64,000 nt of DNA from contig CAWJMT010000031.1 of the NCBI GenBank assembly GCA_963844035.1, positions 64,001 to 128,000 of the forward strand, written 5' to 3'. A program made the translations under genes and the position numbers. Within the stretch, counting starts at the first letter, position 1. Every line of letters starts with the position of its first letter. Below, piece by piece: positions 41,165 to 54,648 of this stretch. Origin of the DNA: an uncultured Gemmatimonadales bacterium (lineage in GTDB: Bacteria; Gemmatimonadota; Gemmatimonadetes; Gemmatimonadales; GWC2-71-9). Below the pieces are notes generated by a model, which was not told where the DNA came from, made no database searches, and saw nothing but the letters and a program-made list of their open reading frames with translations.

Positions 41165-43653
41165 TCACCATCCCGCCTGCACCGCCAGCATGATCGTCCT
41201 GCCCGGCAACACCGTGACGTTGTCCGGCTCACCGGTCTGCACGTTCAGAAGGTTGTCGCCCCGTGCCGTGAGCGTGAGGCGGGGACCCAACGTCCAGGAC
41301 GCCGTCGCCCGCAGGTGCGTGACGCCAGGATAGGTCACCCAGTAGGACCGCAGTGCGGGTCCGACCAGATCACCACCGTTCCCGGCCTGGAAAGCCTGCG
41401 CGAGTGCCAGGCGGTCGTAGTAAATCCAGTCCTCGGCGCGGTACGCGGTCACCGAGCTCGCCCAGCGTGCTCCCGACCACGCCGCCGTAAGACTCATCAT
41501 GCGCGCCGGGACCTGGAGCATACGGTCCCCCGGCGCGAGGTCCCCGGTGTAGCCGGTGGCGAGCTGGTGCACCCGGCTGTCCACCAACGAAAAAGTCCCA
41601 ATGACGGAGAGACGGCCGCGCCCGAGCGCGCCTTGAAGCTCCCAGCCGCTGTTCCCGATCTCACCGACGTTCTGAAATTCATAGCCGATGCGGCGGCCTG
41701 GCGCCCGCCTCCGCCTCCTGGCCCTGGTCCACCGCCGCTCGAGTCCCCGGGGACGCTGACCCACTGAATCAGGCCCGACGCCGTCTGGTCGAAGCGCGTG
41801 ACTTGAAGCGTCAGCGCGCGGCCGACGAGCAGATCGAAACCCCCTTCAACACCGGACTGCCGCTCCGGAGTGAGCCCGCCAGTGAGAGTCCCAGGACGAA
41901 CCTCGGCGACAAATGCCTGGCGTGGCGTCGTCTGGGGCCAACGTATGCCGTCGCCGTAGGCGGCCCGCAGCTTGAGAGTGGCAGCGCCGCGCGAGATGGC
42001 CCACGCTCCCCCCACCATCGGGATCGTCGTGGTCCCGGCTGCGGTCGCGCCCTCGAACCGCAGGCCGCCGCTCACAAACAAGCGTTTGAGCAGCGTGGCG
42101 GTCGCCAGCGCGCTTACGCCGCTGGTACTGCGCCACTGCGCCTCGTTGGGGCGCTGGCCCTCGGCCAACGGCGCCGAGTGGGCAACCGTGATTTGGCGCA
42201 ACACCGACTGCTCGGCGAGGACCGTCAGGTCCGCGGAGGCACGTGCGCCCAGCCCGACGCGCGCGCTGCTGCTCAGGCGCAGTGTCCCGCGGGTGGCGTC
42301 GCCACGCGCGGCGCGCAACGCGGAGTCCGCCGCCGCGGGGATCGGTGTCCGATCGTCCGGCACGCCGTCGAGCGAATAGCCGTCGATCCCGGCAACGATG
42401 GTGTGGGTCCAGCGATCGTCGGGCACGCTCTTGTACGTGCCGCCGACCGTGTATTCGACCACCGACTGCGTCCCCGGCGCGCGTTGGAGCGCTGCCGGGC
42501 CTCCTGAATCGGCCAGGGAAAGTGAATCGATGAGGATCGGACTCAGGGGCGATGCGGCGCGCGCGGCGTACAATCGCCCGGTACCGGTGACGATGCTGTG
42601 CGCGGCTACGCTGCGAGCGCTGCCGGCGACATCGAGTCGGCGGGCATAGGCACCCGGGATGAATGCTCCGTCACTTTCGCCAACCACGGTGAGACCTGCC
42701 GACTGGGTGTTCGTACCCGACCGCAGCGCGAGCCGGTAGCTCTGGGCCAGCACCGGATCGGTGGAGAAGTCGCTCGACGAGAGACCCAGCCCGGTCTCGA
42801 ACCGGACTCGCGACCCGGTGCCATCCGGCGCCCCGATGCGGGTGATGATGTTCGTGACGCCACTGATCGCGTCTGCGCCGTACAGGGCCGCGCCCTGCGG
42901 ACCGCGGATGACTTCGACGCGCTCGATGGCGTCAGGGTCAATGTGGGTGAGGAGCAGCGGGTTGGCGACTTCGATGCCATCGATGTAGACCTTGGGATAG
43001 CTCAATCCGAACGAGCTCGCGCCGCGGATGCTGCCGTATCCGGCGACCAGGTTCGATGGCGACTGCTCCCAGAGCCAGATCCCCGGCACGGCGGCGTTGA
43101 TTCCCTGACTCATCGTGCCCACCGAGCGGGCCGCGAGATCCCGCCCATCCATGACATCGATCGCGACGGGCAGGGGCCGTTGGGCGGCGCCCGACGCGCT
43201 GCCGGTGACAACGATGCGGTCGAGGACGATCGGTGAGTCGCTATCGGGCGGCATGTCGGACCGGGGCGGCGCCAGTACCACATGATCTGCCCCCGCAATC
43301 ACCGGGGTGACCGTCGCGCCCTCGAGCACCCGGGCCAGCGCTTCGCCGAGCGGGACGGAGTCGAGGGTGACGCACACGGCGCGGTCCAGGGGAAGGGACT
43401 CGGGACTGTACGACAGACGCACCTTCCCCACTGCGGCCAGCCGGTCGAGCGCTTCGCGCAGCGAGATGTCCCGGACGTGAAAGGTGACGATGCGATCGAG
43501 CGGCGGCTCCCAACCGGTGGAGACCGCGAGGGCGCGGGCGGCCGTGACGCACGTCGGTGCGCCGCTCGCCGCCGCCGGGGCTCCGAGCCAGAGGACGCCG
43601 AGCGCAAACAGGAGCGAGCAGAGCGCCGACCGTGAGCCGGCGGCGGCGCTCAC
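41165..43653 (-). CDS. TonB-dependent receptor with N-terminal STN signalling domain (frameshift near 41700)
   Basis: Signal peptide, STN-like SLREALDRLA, TonB box LDRIVVTG, plug IERVEVIRGPQGAALYG, GDNLLN and terminal W. Confidence 0.88.
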
Positions 43654-44728
43654 CGGCGCGGGACGTGCCTCGGCGTTGCGTGGATCACGGCGGTATCTCC
43701 CCCGGCGCGTAGCTCGATGGTCACCCCGAGCGCGAGCGCGATGACGTCCAGGACCTGCTTTGCGGACTCGCCCGCGAACGATGCCGTCAGGTGCCGGCTC
43801 GCGACGGTCGAATCGTCGATCTGCAGCTCGATGCCGTACCAGCGGCGCAGCTCGGCACGCACCCGTTCGAGCGTCGCATCGGTAAACACCAGGCGGCCCT
43901 GCGTCCACGCGAGGTCCTCCTCGGTCGCGACGCCGCGGTCGGCCAGCACCCGACCGTCGGTATGTAGCGTACCCCGGTCGCCGCGCTCGAGCAGCACCCC
44001 GCGATCGGCCGGCGCGTTCGCGCTGCGCAGCAGAACGGCACCCGACATCACGACGACGTGCACGGCATCGGCTGGATCGCTGCGCACGGTAAACGTGGTG
44101 CCAACGTCGGAGATCGTGGCGGAGCCGGCTCGCACATGGAACGGCTGCCGCTCGTCGTGGCGCACCTCAAACAGCGCCTGGCCCAGGAGCTCCACGTCGC
44201 GGCGCCCATCACCGTAATGCGCCGCGACGCGTCAGCTCGCTCCCCGGCCCGAGCAGCACCCGGGTCCCGTCTCGCAGCACGAGGGAGTCGCTCCGTCCCA
44301 CCGGCGACCGATAGGTCTGCGCGGCAAGGTTGGTCGAGCCGCCGCTCATCGCGCGCCACAACAGCGGCGCCGCCGATCAGCAGCGCGACCGTGGCCGCCG
44401 CCGGAAGCGCGAGTCTCCGCCACGGAGTCCAGACCGTGTCCCGGAAGCGGGAGGACGCATCCGGCGCCGGGAGCGCATCGCGCCGCGCGGACACCTGCCG
44501 CAAGGCGGCCTCGACGTCCAAGTCGCGTGGCGGGGTGAACGCGAGTCGCCCCGTGGTGCGCGCCAGGACGGCCATCAGCTCCGCTCGGTTGGGATCGCGC
44601 GCCAGCCATTGACGCACCGCATTCAGCTCGGCGGGTGGACATTCGTCCGCGATGTAGCGCGCGAGCACCTCCCAGGAGGGAGGAGACGATTCGAACGGGG
44701 CGGGACCGTTTGCGGGTTCGTGGGGCAT
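43650..44728 (-). CDS. FecR-family anti-sigma factor (frameshifts)
   Basis: N-terminal LARYIA.E..V.QW, TM helix, V.L.GQALFEV.HD..PF.V, DVGTTF and AWTQGRLVF..L.RWYG. Confidence 0.88.
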
Positions 44729-44738
44729 ATCAATACTC

Positions 44739-44764
44739 AGACACGCGAGACGGGCGATCCCCTA
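44739..44764 (-). promoter_or_regulatory. Putative ECF-sigma promoter upstream of fecR
   Basis: TAGGGG-N12-GCGTGTCT; matches a second copy at 45408-45434. Confidence 0.6.
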
Positions 44765-44841
44765 TCCTCGTTGCCGGGCACCGCACCCACGGGTACTTTG
44801 ACCGATCCCCATACCGTCATGCCGCGCAGAGCGTTAGATCC

Positions 44842-45390
44842 TTGGACGATAGCGAGATCCTACAGCGGTTTCGCGCCCGGGACGAGGGTGCCTTCGACAC
44901 CGTATTCCGGGCCTACTACGCCCAGCTCGTCGGGATCGGCGTGGGGCTGCTGGGGGAACGCGCCGCCGCCGAAGACGTCGCGCAGGACGTACTGCTCGAG
45001 CTGTGGCGCCGGCGGGAAAATATAGTGCTCGAAACGTCCCTCCGCGCTTACCTCATCCGGGCCACCCGCAACCGCGCGCTGAACCAGCTTCGTCACGAGC
45101 GCGTGGCCCGCGCGGCCGATCCCGAAGCGCTGGAGCGGGTCGAAGCACCCGTGGCCGATCGGGACCTGATCGAGCAGGAAATGGACGCCGCGATGCGGCG
45201 CACCGTGAGCGAGCTTCCCGCACGGTGCCGCGAGGTGTTCGAGCTGAGCCGCGTCCACGGGCTCCCGTACGCGGAGATCGCACAGGTGCTCCAGATCTCC
45301 ATCAAGACCGTGGAAGCGCACATGGGTAAGGCGCTGCGCGCGCTGCGGGAGGGGCTCGCTCCCTGGATTCGGGACGGCGGCGGGATTTAG
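44842..45390 (+). CDS. ECF RNA polymerase sigma-70 factor (FecI-like)
   Basis: AEDVAQDV..LW, SLRAYL..NRALN, LP.RCREVFELSR..GL.Y.EIA..L.IS.KTVE. Confidence 0.92.
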   Translation: MDDSEILQRFRARDEGAFDTVFRAYYAQLVGIGVGLLGERAAAEDVAQDVLLELWRRRENIVLETSLRAYLIRATRNRALNQLRHERVARAADPEALERVEAPVADRDLIEQEMDAAMRRTVSELPARCREVFELSRVHGLPYAEIAQVLQISIKTVEAHMGKALRALREGLAPWIRDGGGI

Positions 45391-45407
45391 GGTCGCACTC
45401 AGCAACG

Positions 45408-45434
45408 TAGGGGTGCCGGACGCTTGGCGTGTCT
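45408..45434 (+). promoter_or_regulatory. Putative ECF-sigma promoter upstream of lipoprotein gene
   Basis: TAGGGG-N13-GCGTGTCT. Confidence 0.6.
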
Positions 45435-45501
45435 CTAGGATTGACGTCGGCGGGCTGGTCGAACGGTTCGCCCCCCCCGGCCACACACGGAGGACCTGTT
45501 C

Positions 45502-46472
45502 ATGAAACGCACGATCTCCCTCGCAGCAGTCCTCGCCTTGGGCCTAGTCGCATGTATGGATTTCGGGGCGCCGTCCGGGTCGTCGCTCTCGAGTGCCTTT
45601 TCGTCGCTGCCCCTCGGCTTCCAGTTCGTGCCAAGTACGTTTGCCGGCGGCTCGGCCGCCGATTCGAACGGCTGGGCACCTGGGGACGGCCAGGGCTTTG
45701 GACGATTCGGTGAGGGCGAAGGCCACGGTGGGCCCGGCATGCCGGGGCGCGGTGGGCCTGGCGACGGGTCGATGATGTGCGGCGGCATGGGCGGCGCATT
45801 TCACGGCGACGGGAAGGGCTTCGGATTCGGGCCCGGGTTCGACCGCGGGCTGTTCGGAGGCATCTTCGCGGGCACTTCGCTCCCCGGCACCTGCGCGTAC
45901 GACGCGGGCTCGGGGCGCGTGGTATGCGATCCGGCCACGCACAACGGCCTCACCATCGTGCGCTCGGCTGCCTACACGGACGCGGGCGGCAACGCCCAGA
46001 CGGCGTTCGACAGCCTGACCACGAACGCGATCAACATCCGCGTGCGCGGTGAGCGGCACGCGGGTACGCCGGGATAACGACACGAGCGTCGTCGAGCACC
46101 ACAGCGACCGCACGGTCACGGGGCTCGCGCCCGGGAGCACGCAGCGCACCGTGAACGGCACGTCGGCGGGAACGGAGAACATCACCGGCTCGAACACGAC
46201 CGGCGCCTTCACCGCCCTGCGCACCATCGGCGACACGATCACGGGCGTCATCATCCCGGTCGTCGTCGACCGGCAAGCCGTTCCCGACGGCAGGAACGGT
46301 GATTCGGTCAGCGCAAGTCACGGTCACCTACGCGGGACAGACACCCACCACCTCCTCGCGCCGTGAAGTCATCACGTACAGCGGGTCGGGCAACGCGACC
46401 GTCACGATCACCCGGGACGGCGTGACGCAGACCTGCACCCTCGCGCCGCAAGCGATGCCGGTGTGCCAGTAG
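45502..46472 (+). CDS. Gly-rich lipoprotein of unknown function (frameshifts near 46045, 46275)
   Basis: GGAGG RBS, lipobox LVAC, Gly/Pro-rich region, Thr-rich beta region and terminal Cys pair. Confidence 0.7.
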
Positions 46473-47182
46473 TCGCTTCCCTCACACGGCGCGAGCTGCT
46501 GGCCCGCACCGCGAGCGTGGTGGTGTCCCAGGCGCTGTTCGGGTGCGGCGACGACACGATCGCAGCGGCCAGCGCAAGCGGAGCCTGTGTGCTGACCGCC
46601 GCGCTGACCGAGGGTCCCTTCTTCGTAGACGAAATGCTCAACCGGTCGGACATCCGGAGCGATCCGACAAGCGGCGTGGTATCCGCGGCGTGCCCCTGCT
46701 CCTCACCTTCAATGTGTTCCGGGTGGCGAGCGGCGGGTGCACACCGCTCACCGGGGCCTACATCGATGTCTGGCATTGCGACTCGGGAGGCGCGTACTCG
46801 GATGTCTCGGGTGCGGGCAGCGGACAGCGCTTCCTGCGGGGCTATCAGATGACCGACGCCGAATGGTATCGCCCGGTTCACGACGGTGTATCCCGGCTGG
46901 TACCAGGGGCGCGCCGTGCACATCCACTTCAAGCTGCGGCTGTTCGCCGGCGCGACCAAGACCTACGAGTTCACGTCGCAGTTCTTTTTCGAGGATTCAC
47001 TCACGGACACGGTGTACGGGCAGAGCCCGTACAGCTCCCGCGGGACGCGGAGCACGCGCAATTCGTCAGACGGGATCTACGACTCGCTCTCGAACGCGGC
47101 GAAGGGCGCGCTGACGCTGCAGACCACGGTTGACGGCAGCGGCTACGCCGGCGTGATCAATCTGGATGTGAATGTGGGATGA
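46463..47182 (+). CDS. Intradiol ring-cleavage dioxygenase-like protein with Tat signal (frameshifts)
   Basis: TRRELL, TEGPF, IDVWHCD..G.YS, FLRGYQ and YPGWY.GRAVHIH. Confidence 0.82.
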
Positions 47183-47184
47183 GA

Positions 47185-47256
47185 CAGGTGTCAGGTGTCA
47201 GGTGCCAGGTGTCAGGTGAACGATCCTAGCACCTGACACCCGACACCTGACACCTG
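47185..47256. repeat. Inverted heptamer tandem repeat element (CAGGTGT)n / (CACCTGA)n
   Basis: About 5 forward units, spacer AACGATCCTAG, about 4 inverted units, between convergent genes; same family as 14202-14271. Confidence 0.9.
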
Positions 47257-47263
47257 CTTCACG

Positions 47264-48576
<1,313 letters not shown>

Positions 48577-48577
<1 letters not shown>

Positions 48578-48972
48578 CAGTCGAACAGCTCGTTTTGGGC
48601 GACGGTCTCGGTCGCCTGCGGGGACCGCAGGATTTCCCCCAGGCGCTGCTCCCAGCGGTCGATGTCGAAATGGTGCTCATGGAGCAGGGCCCGCCGCAGC
48701 ACCGGGGACAGCTCGTGGAACGCGCCGAGCAGCTCGGTGATCGCTTCGCGTAACGCCTGCGCCTGGAACCCGGACTCCGTGGCGCCCATGTCCTCGAGGA
48801 TGCTCTGCTCGGTGCGCGACGCGACGATCGCCTCCGCGCGCCCGTGGACGAACACGTTGGTGCGGCGTTTGGGCCCGCGATCGTCCTCGATCGGCATCAG
48901 GCCGACGATGCCGTCCGACCGCCAGTACTTGCCGTAGCCGAGAAAGACCATGCGGTCGTGCTTGATTTCCAT
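48577..48972 (-). CDS. Hypothetical protein
   Basis: GGAGG RBS before MEIKHDRMVFLGYGKYWRSD...; translationally coupled to the transporter. Confidence 0.7.
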
Positions 48973-49058
48973 CGTGCCTCCAGAGCGCCGCGCGCCGTCC
49001 GCTGCCCGTGCCTCTCCGTACGCGTCGCGGAACCAGCCCATCACACGTTCGACGACGC

Positions 49059-50052
49059 TCACGGGTTCCGCCGCGCAAAGATGTCGTCGAGCACCACCTT
49101 GTCGATCTTCCCATCCATGCGCACGCGCACGTCGTAGTTCTCCCAGTACATGAAGTTCGCGAGCGCGTTCAAGAATTTCGGGTTCGCCACGCCCTGAGGC
49201 GCGTCGAGCCACTTCTCAGGCTGATTGAGCGGCTCGCGCAGCAGGATCGGCTCGAGCCGCTTCACGATGGCCGGCGTGATGGGAAGCAGGTCCTCGGGCC
49301 GGCTCGTGAAGAAATAGAGCCGGTGCAGCTGGTAGAGGCGGGACAGCTCGCGCAGCGGATTGGTGTCGTCGTACACCCGGATGTCGATGTAGCGGTCGTT
49401 CAGGCCGAGGTAGCCCGCCGTTCGGGCGCACCACCAGTAGCGCGGCGGACTCCATTCCGCGCTTATCCCCGCCGCCCGCCTGTCCCGCCACAAGCGCCGC
49501 CATCAGGCGGTCCGCGAGCGCGCCGGGCGTGCGCTGGAACGCCTCCGCCATGTTCTTCACGGTCTGGTCCGACACCATGATGTTCGCCTGCGCGGCGAAA
49601 TATTTGCCGGCGATCAGGGCGCCCTTCCCGCCTGCCCGCCCTCCCGCCTGCCCGCCTACTCTCCCTCCCGCCCAATCAAAGCACGAGTCTCCCGTCCAGC
49701 TCGCCGCGTTGCCCCGGGCGTCCACCATCCCCACCTGGCGTTGCGCCGGCCGCGGATCGCCGCGCATCACGATCGCCATCACCTCCGGGGCGGTGGCGCC
49801 GCGCGCCATGAGATCGAGACCCTTTTCGCCGTAGTCGGTGTTGCCGAGTGACTGGGTGGCGACCGCCCCGACGCCCGATCGGGCCCAGGGGACAATGCCG
49901 CCGACGTTGGGGAATTTCGACTGCACCGCGACGCCCAGGTCGCCGGTGGCGGAATCGTAGGCGACGATGCTGTAGGTGTGCGCGCGCTTGAGCAGATCCG
50001 GCGGGCGGGCGGACGGGTGCTGCACCATGAGTGCGGCGAGCAGGATGAGCAC
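49059..50052 (-). CDS. DUF1028 (Ntn-hydrolase-like) protein, exported (frameshift near 49420)
   Basis: HTYSIVAYD..TGDLGVAVQS, GVGAVATQS, RQVGMVD and GGDKRG.ESAAL. Confidence 0.85.
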
Positions 50053-50054
50053 CG

Positions 50055-50624
50055 CTACTCCTTCTTCACACGCTCTTTGAGATCCTTCAGCTGTCGCTCC
50101 GCAGCCGCGTCCCGCGCCTTGGCGTCCAGGTCGGCCCGCAGCAAGTCCCCCTGGAGGTCGGTCCCGGGACGCTCGCCCCCGCCCGCCTGTCGCAGATCGC
50201 TCCACGCCCGCGCCGCACTGCGCTCGGCTTCGGTCGCGGGCTGATCGCGCTCGGCACGACCCAGGTCGGCCCGCATCTCCGCGCGATCGCGCTCCGCCAG
50301 CGCCAGCTCGTCGCGCTGCGCCGCGAGCTTCCGCTCGAGCACGCCCACGCGCTCGCGATGCTTGGCCGCGAACCGCTGGGCGACGTCCACCGTCTCGGCA
50401 TCCTGGATCTCTGCGGCGAGGCGGCCGCGCCGCTCCGCGTCGGCCAGCCGCTGCCGCTCCGCCGCGAGCTCGCGCTCCGTGCGCAGCGCCCCCTCGCGCA
50501 TCTCCTGCACCGCCGCTCCGGCTTCGATCACCGCCTCGCGCATGCGGCGCGCCAGCTCGCGCAAGTCCCCCGGTGACGCCGCGTCCAGGGCGGCGCGCAT
50601 TGCTTCGCGCAGACGATCGAACAC
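50055..50624 (-). CDS. PspA/IM30-like coiled-coil protein
   Basis: All-helical; FDRL..., AERRGRLA, AAERQLKDLK. Confidence 0.6.
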   Translation of the reverse strand: MFDRLREAMRAALDAASPGDLRELARRMREAVIEAGAAVQEMREGALRTERELAAERQRLADAERRGRLAAEIQDAETVDVAQRFAAKHRERVGVLERKLAAQRDELALAERDRAEMRADLGRAERDQPATEAERSAARAWSDLRQAGGGERPGTDLQGDLLRADLDAKARDAAAERQLKDLKERVKKE

Positions 50625-50743
50625 GTGCTGGCTCCCTCCGACGCGCCGGTCCCGGTCGCAAGTCTTCGTAACGCCGTCAACGCTATCCCCGGCGTTTGGG
50701 GGGGTCAAGTTGACGCCGCGAGCTTGAGTCACAGATTGGCGTC

Positions 50744-51262
50744 ATGCGCGCACGTCGGTGGAACGCGATCGCCGCAGGTTTGGGCGCCGCGCTGGCCTGC
50801 AACGGAGGTCTGCAACCGACTCCGGCGCCGACGAGCTGCCCCACCGGGTTCGTCGGGATCTGCGGCACCGTGACGTTCCGCGGAGCGATCCCCGACAGCA
50901 CCGCGGGCGTCTACATCGTCGCCTACGCGCACTTCCCTCAACAGGTGAGCGATCTGCTCACCTTCATCCCGTTCCCGCCATCACCACTCCCGCTGCCGGG
51001 CGACTCGACAACGTTCTACATGGTGCCACTCCCCAACGGGCGCTACGAGTGGGTCGTTGCCGCCTGGCGGAAGCAGGGCACGTTCAATCCCAGCGGCAGC
51101 AACGCGGATTCGCTGTTCCGCGAAGCCGGGTTCTATCACGACGGCGCCGACACCACCACGCACGGCTCCGGCATCGTGGTGGTGAACGGTACCGGCACCG
51201 ACTCGATCGATATCGTGGTCGACTTCGACAACATGCATCGGATCTCGGACTACTTCCCGTGA
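50744..51262 (+). CDS. Lipoprotein of unknown function
   Basis: Lipobox ALAC; overlaps the TonB receptor start. Confidence 0.7.
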   Translation: MRARRWNAIAAGLGAALACNGGLQPTPAPTSCPTGFVGICGTVTFRGAIPDSTAGVYIVAYAHFPQQVSDLLTFIPFPPSPLPLPGDSTTFYMVPLPNGRYEWVVAAWRKQGTFNPSGSNADSLFREAGFYHDGADTTTHGSGIVVVNGTGTDSIDIVVDFDNMHRISDYFP

Positions 51263-53427
51263 TCAATCGCGCCATGGCCGGTCTCGGCACCGCGCTCGCG
51301 CTCATGCTGGCGCCGGGCCTCGCGGCCCAAGGCACCGCCGTCGTGCACGGCACCGTGCGCGACTCGGCGACCGGGGGCCCGCTGCAGGGGGCGCAGGTCA
51401 CCTTGGGTCCCACGCTCGCAGCCACCGACGCCGCCGGGCACTACATCTTCAAACGCGTACCTGCCGGGAAGGTCGTGATCGCGGTTCGGCGCCTGGGCTA
51501 CGACTCGGCCTCCGCGCTGCTGACGCTCGCTGCGGGGGACTCGATCCGCCGGGACTTCACGCTGGCGCCCCACTCGGTCTCGCTCGAGCCGGTGGTCGTG
51601 ACCGCGGGAAAGCGCTCCCAATTGCTCGATCAGGTGGTCACGAGCATCGCGATCGTCTCGGACACCGCGATCGCCCGCCGCGCCGTGAACACCGTGGACG
51701 AGGCCGTGGACAAGGCGCCCGGCGTGCAGATGCTGAATGGCCAGATCAATATCCGAGGTTCGAGCGGATACGTCCTGGGGTTCGGCTCGCGCGTGCTGCT
51801 GCTCGTGGACGGTGTGCCCGCGAACCAGGGCGACCGGGGCGGCATCGATTGGGACTTGATCCCGCTCGAAGAGATCGAGCGTGTCGAGATCGTCAAAGGC
51901 GCGGGCTCCTCGCTGTACGGCTCGGCCGCCCTGGGCGGCGTCGCCAACCTCATTACGCGCGAGATCCCGAGGGGCATGCACGCGCGGGTGCGCGCCACGG
52001 GCGGAGCGTTCGCCAACCCGGCGGATGCCATCTGGGCGTTCCGCGACAAGACCGGAGCGCAGGGAGGCGTACAGGTCAACGGGTCTTACGGCGGCCGGGC
52101 GTTACGGGGCAGCCTTTCGGGCGGCGCCCGCCACTCGGACGGCTATCGCGAACAAGACCGCAACGACAGCTGGAATGTCGTTGGGAAGGCCGAGTGGCTC
52201 CAGTCCGCAGCCACCCGGCTGGCGCTGACGGGCTCGCATGTCGACCGCGAATACCAGACGCCGCTGCTGTGGTGCGAACAGGGTGGCTGCGACGATCGCG
52301 GTCTCGCGTACCAGCCGTACAGGATCGACACTGCGCAGGCGGGCGCATACACGCGCTCGGACAAGACGTTTGTCGCCGCCACCCTGCAGCATGCCGCGTC
52401 GCCGCGGATGACGTGGCTGGGCCGGGGCTCCTGGCTGCGGACCGATTTTACCAATCACCGGCCCGCGAGTGGAGAGTTCAGCGTGACGGATCGCTACGGG
52501 CTCGAGCTGCGCGGGGAGGCACGCCGCGCGGACGCGCGCGTCGTCGTGGTCGGGGCCGAGGGCGCGCGCACCGCCCTCACGAGCGACATTTTCGGCATCC
52601 ACACCGAAACCGCGTTCGCCGGGTTCGCCGAGGCCGAGCAGCCGCTCGAGCTCCGCCCGGCTCACGGCCGGCGCGCGGCTCGACTACGTGGAGACGGATG
52701 GCGGCGGGCTGAGCGCGGTCGTGAGCCCGCGCATCGGCGTGGTGCTGCCGCGTAGCTCGGTGGTGTGGCGCGCGTCCGTGGGCCGCGGGTTCCGCGCTCC
52801 GTCGCTCGCCGAACGGTTCGTGCAAACGTCGATCTCGGGCGTAACTGCCGTCCCGAACCCCGACCTCGAGCCCGAAACAGGGTGGACGGCCGAGCTGGGC
52901 ACCGGGATCTCGACGCCCTCCGCCATCCACGTCGACGCCGCGCTGTTCTGGACCGAGGCCAGCAACTACATCGAGCCGGCCGTGGATCCCGCGACGCTGC
53001 TGATCCAGTTTCGCAACGTGCAGCGGGCCCGTCTGATGGGACTGGACCTCTCGGTCAGGTCGGCCCCCATCGGATCGCCGCTCAGCCTCTCGCTCGCCTA
53101 TACCTTCCTCTCGACGCGCCGCCTCGACACCATGCCGAGCCAGCCCCTCCCGTTCCGCCCCACCCACCTCCTCACGTTGGGGGCGGACTACGGCCGGGGA
53201 CCGGTTTCGGTCGGGGCCGACTTCCGGTTCATGAGCCGGTACGAGGCGCCGCCCCACCGGCCCCCTCGTGTCTCCCAAGGTCCTCGACCTGCGCGCCAGC
53301 CTCCACCGCGGGACCGGTCGCCGCACAGCTGCTTTTCACCAACGCGCTGAACTACGTCTACAACCTCGCACCACGGACCCTCGCACCGGTGCGGACTTTC
53401 ACGCTTGCGGTGTCGTGGAAGTATTAG
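51259..53427 (+). CDS. TonB-dependent receptor with carboxypeptidase-regulatory-like N-domain (frameshifts near 52650, 53250-53310)
   Basis: GTVRDSATG.PL.GA, LEPVVVTA, IERVEIVKGAGSSLYG, GRGFRAPS..E, NPDLEPE and terminal Y. Confidence 0.9.
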
Positions 53428-53436
53428 ATTGGCGCC

Positions 53437-53967
53437 ATGCTTCGTCACGTTCCCCTGCCCCTGACCCTCCTGTTCGGAGCGGCAACCGGCTGGGCGGGGT
53501 GCGCGGGAGACCGCAACCGGTCCCCGATGTGCGGCATCGCGCAGCTCGCGGGGCCGGCCCTGATCCAGCAGCAGCTCGTCAACCTGCCGTCCGTGCTCAC
53601 CGAGGCACCCCGGGGACTGCCGACCTCCTTGCCTGCGCGGGTGGTGTTCGTAGGGGAAGGCCCGAAGCCAGCGCCGGGCGAGGTGCTGACCGCCTACAAC
53701 GGACCCCAGCTGGTGATGGGGTACCAGGGCGACGGGTTTCCGGCCGCGCCCGGCGGGTACGGCCTGCTGGTGGTGGACGACTCGACCCGGCGGGCGCAGG
53801 GCGTCCTGGTCTACGAGTCCACGGTCCCGAAGAACTATCCCGAGCTCGGGACCATCAGTGGCGCCGACCGCAGCATTCCCTTGTTCGGCGTGCGGGTGAA
53901 CTGGGCCGGCGTGAACAACCCACGCTGCCCGTTACTCGGACCCGCCACACCGGATGCGGCCCCATGA
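53437..53967 (+). CDS. Hypothetical exported protein/lipoprotein
   Basis: Signal ending in WAGC; TAGATT 6 bp before the ATG. Confidence 0.65.
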   Translation: MLRHVPLPLTLLFGAATGWAGCAGDRNRSPMCGIAQLAGPALIQQQLVNLPSVLTEAPRGLPTSLPARVVFVGEGPKPAPGEVLTAYNGPQLVMGYQGDGFPAAPGGYGLLVVDDSTRRAQGVLVYESTVPKNYPELGTISGADRSIPLFGVRVNWAGVNNPRCPLLGPATPDAAP

Positions 53968-54648
53968 GCGCGATCGTCGCCGTGTCGTCCCCCCGGCGGA
54001 CCGACGAGGGCCGCGAGCGGGTGGCGTTGAACAGCGCGTACGTCGTGGCCCTGGTGCGCGCGGGACTGGTGCCCGTTATCGTCCCGCCGCTGCTCGAGCC
54101 GGACCGGGCGCCCGAAGTTCTGGACCACGTCGCCGGCCTGGTGCTGACCGGGGGCAATGACGTCGATCCCGCGCGCTACCACGCCGCCCCCCATCCCAGG
54201 TTGGGCGAGACCGACTCCGGCGCGCGACGCCGTCGAGCTGGCGCTGCTCGCCGGAGCAGAGGCGCGCGGCCTGCCGACCCTCGCCATCTGTCGCGGGATT
54301 CAGCTCCTGAACGTGGCGCTGGGTGGCACGCTGTACCAGGATCTTCCGAGCGAGCACCCCAGCGCGATCGACCACGTCGGCCCGGGCGCGCGTCACCCGC
54401 TGCGGGTGCAGCCCGGCTCTCAGATCTCGCGCGCGGTCGGGGCCGGGTCACAGCCCGTGATCAGCCGGCACCATCAGGCGATCCGTGATCTCGCGCCGGG
54501 CCTGCGGGCGACCGCGTGGGCCTCGGACGAGGTGATCGAAGGTGTCGAACGCGCCAACGGCGGACCGTGGACGCTGGCCGTGCAGTGGCACCCGGAGGAT
54601 GACGTCGAGACCGGGTTGTTCGCGATGTTCGCGGAGGTGGTGCGATGA
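53964..54648 (+). CDS. Peptidase C26 / gamma-glutamyl-gamma-aminobutyrate hydrolase family (frameshift near 54220)
   Basis: GLVLTGG.DVDP..Y, LAICRGIQLLNVALGG, S.HHQA and VQWHPE. Confidence 0.9.
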
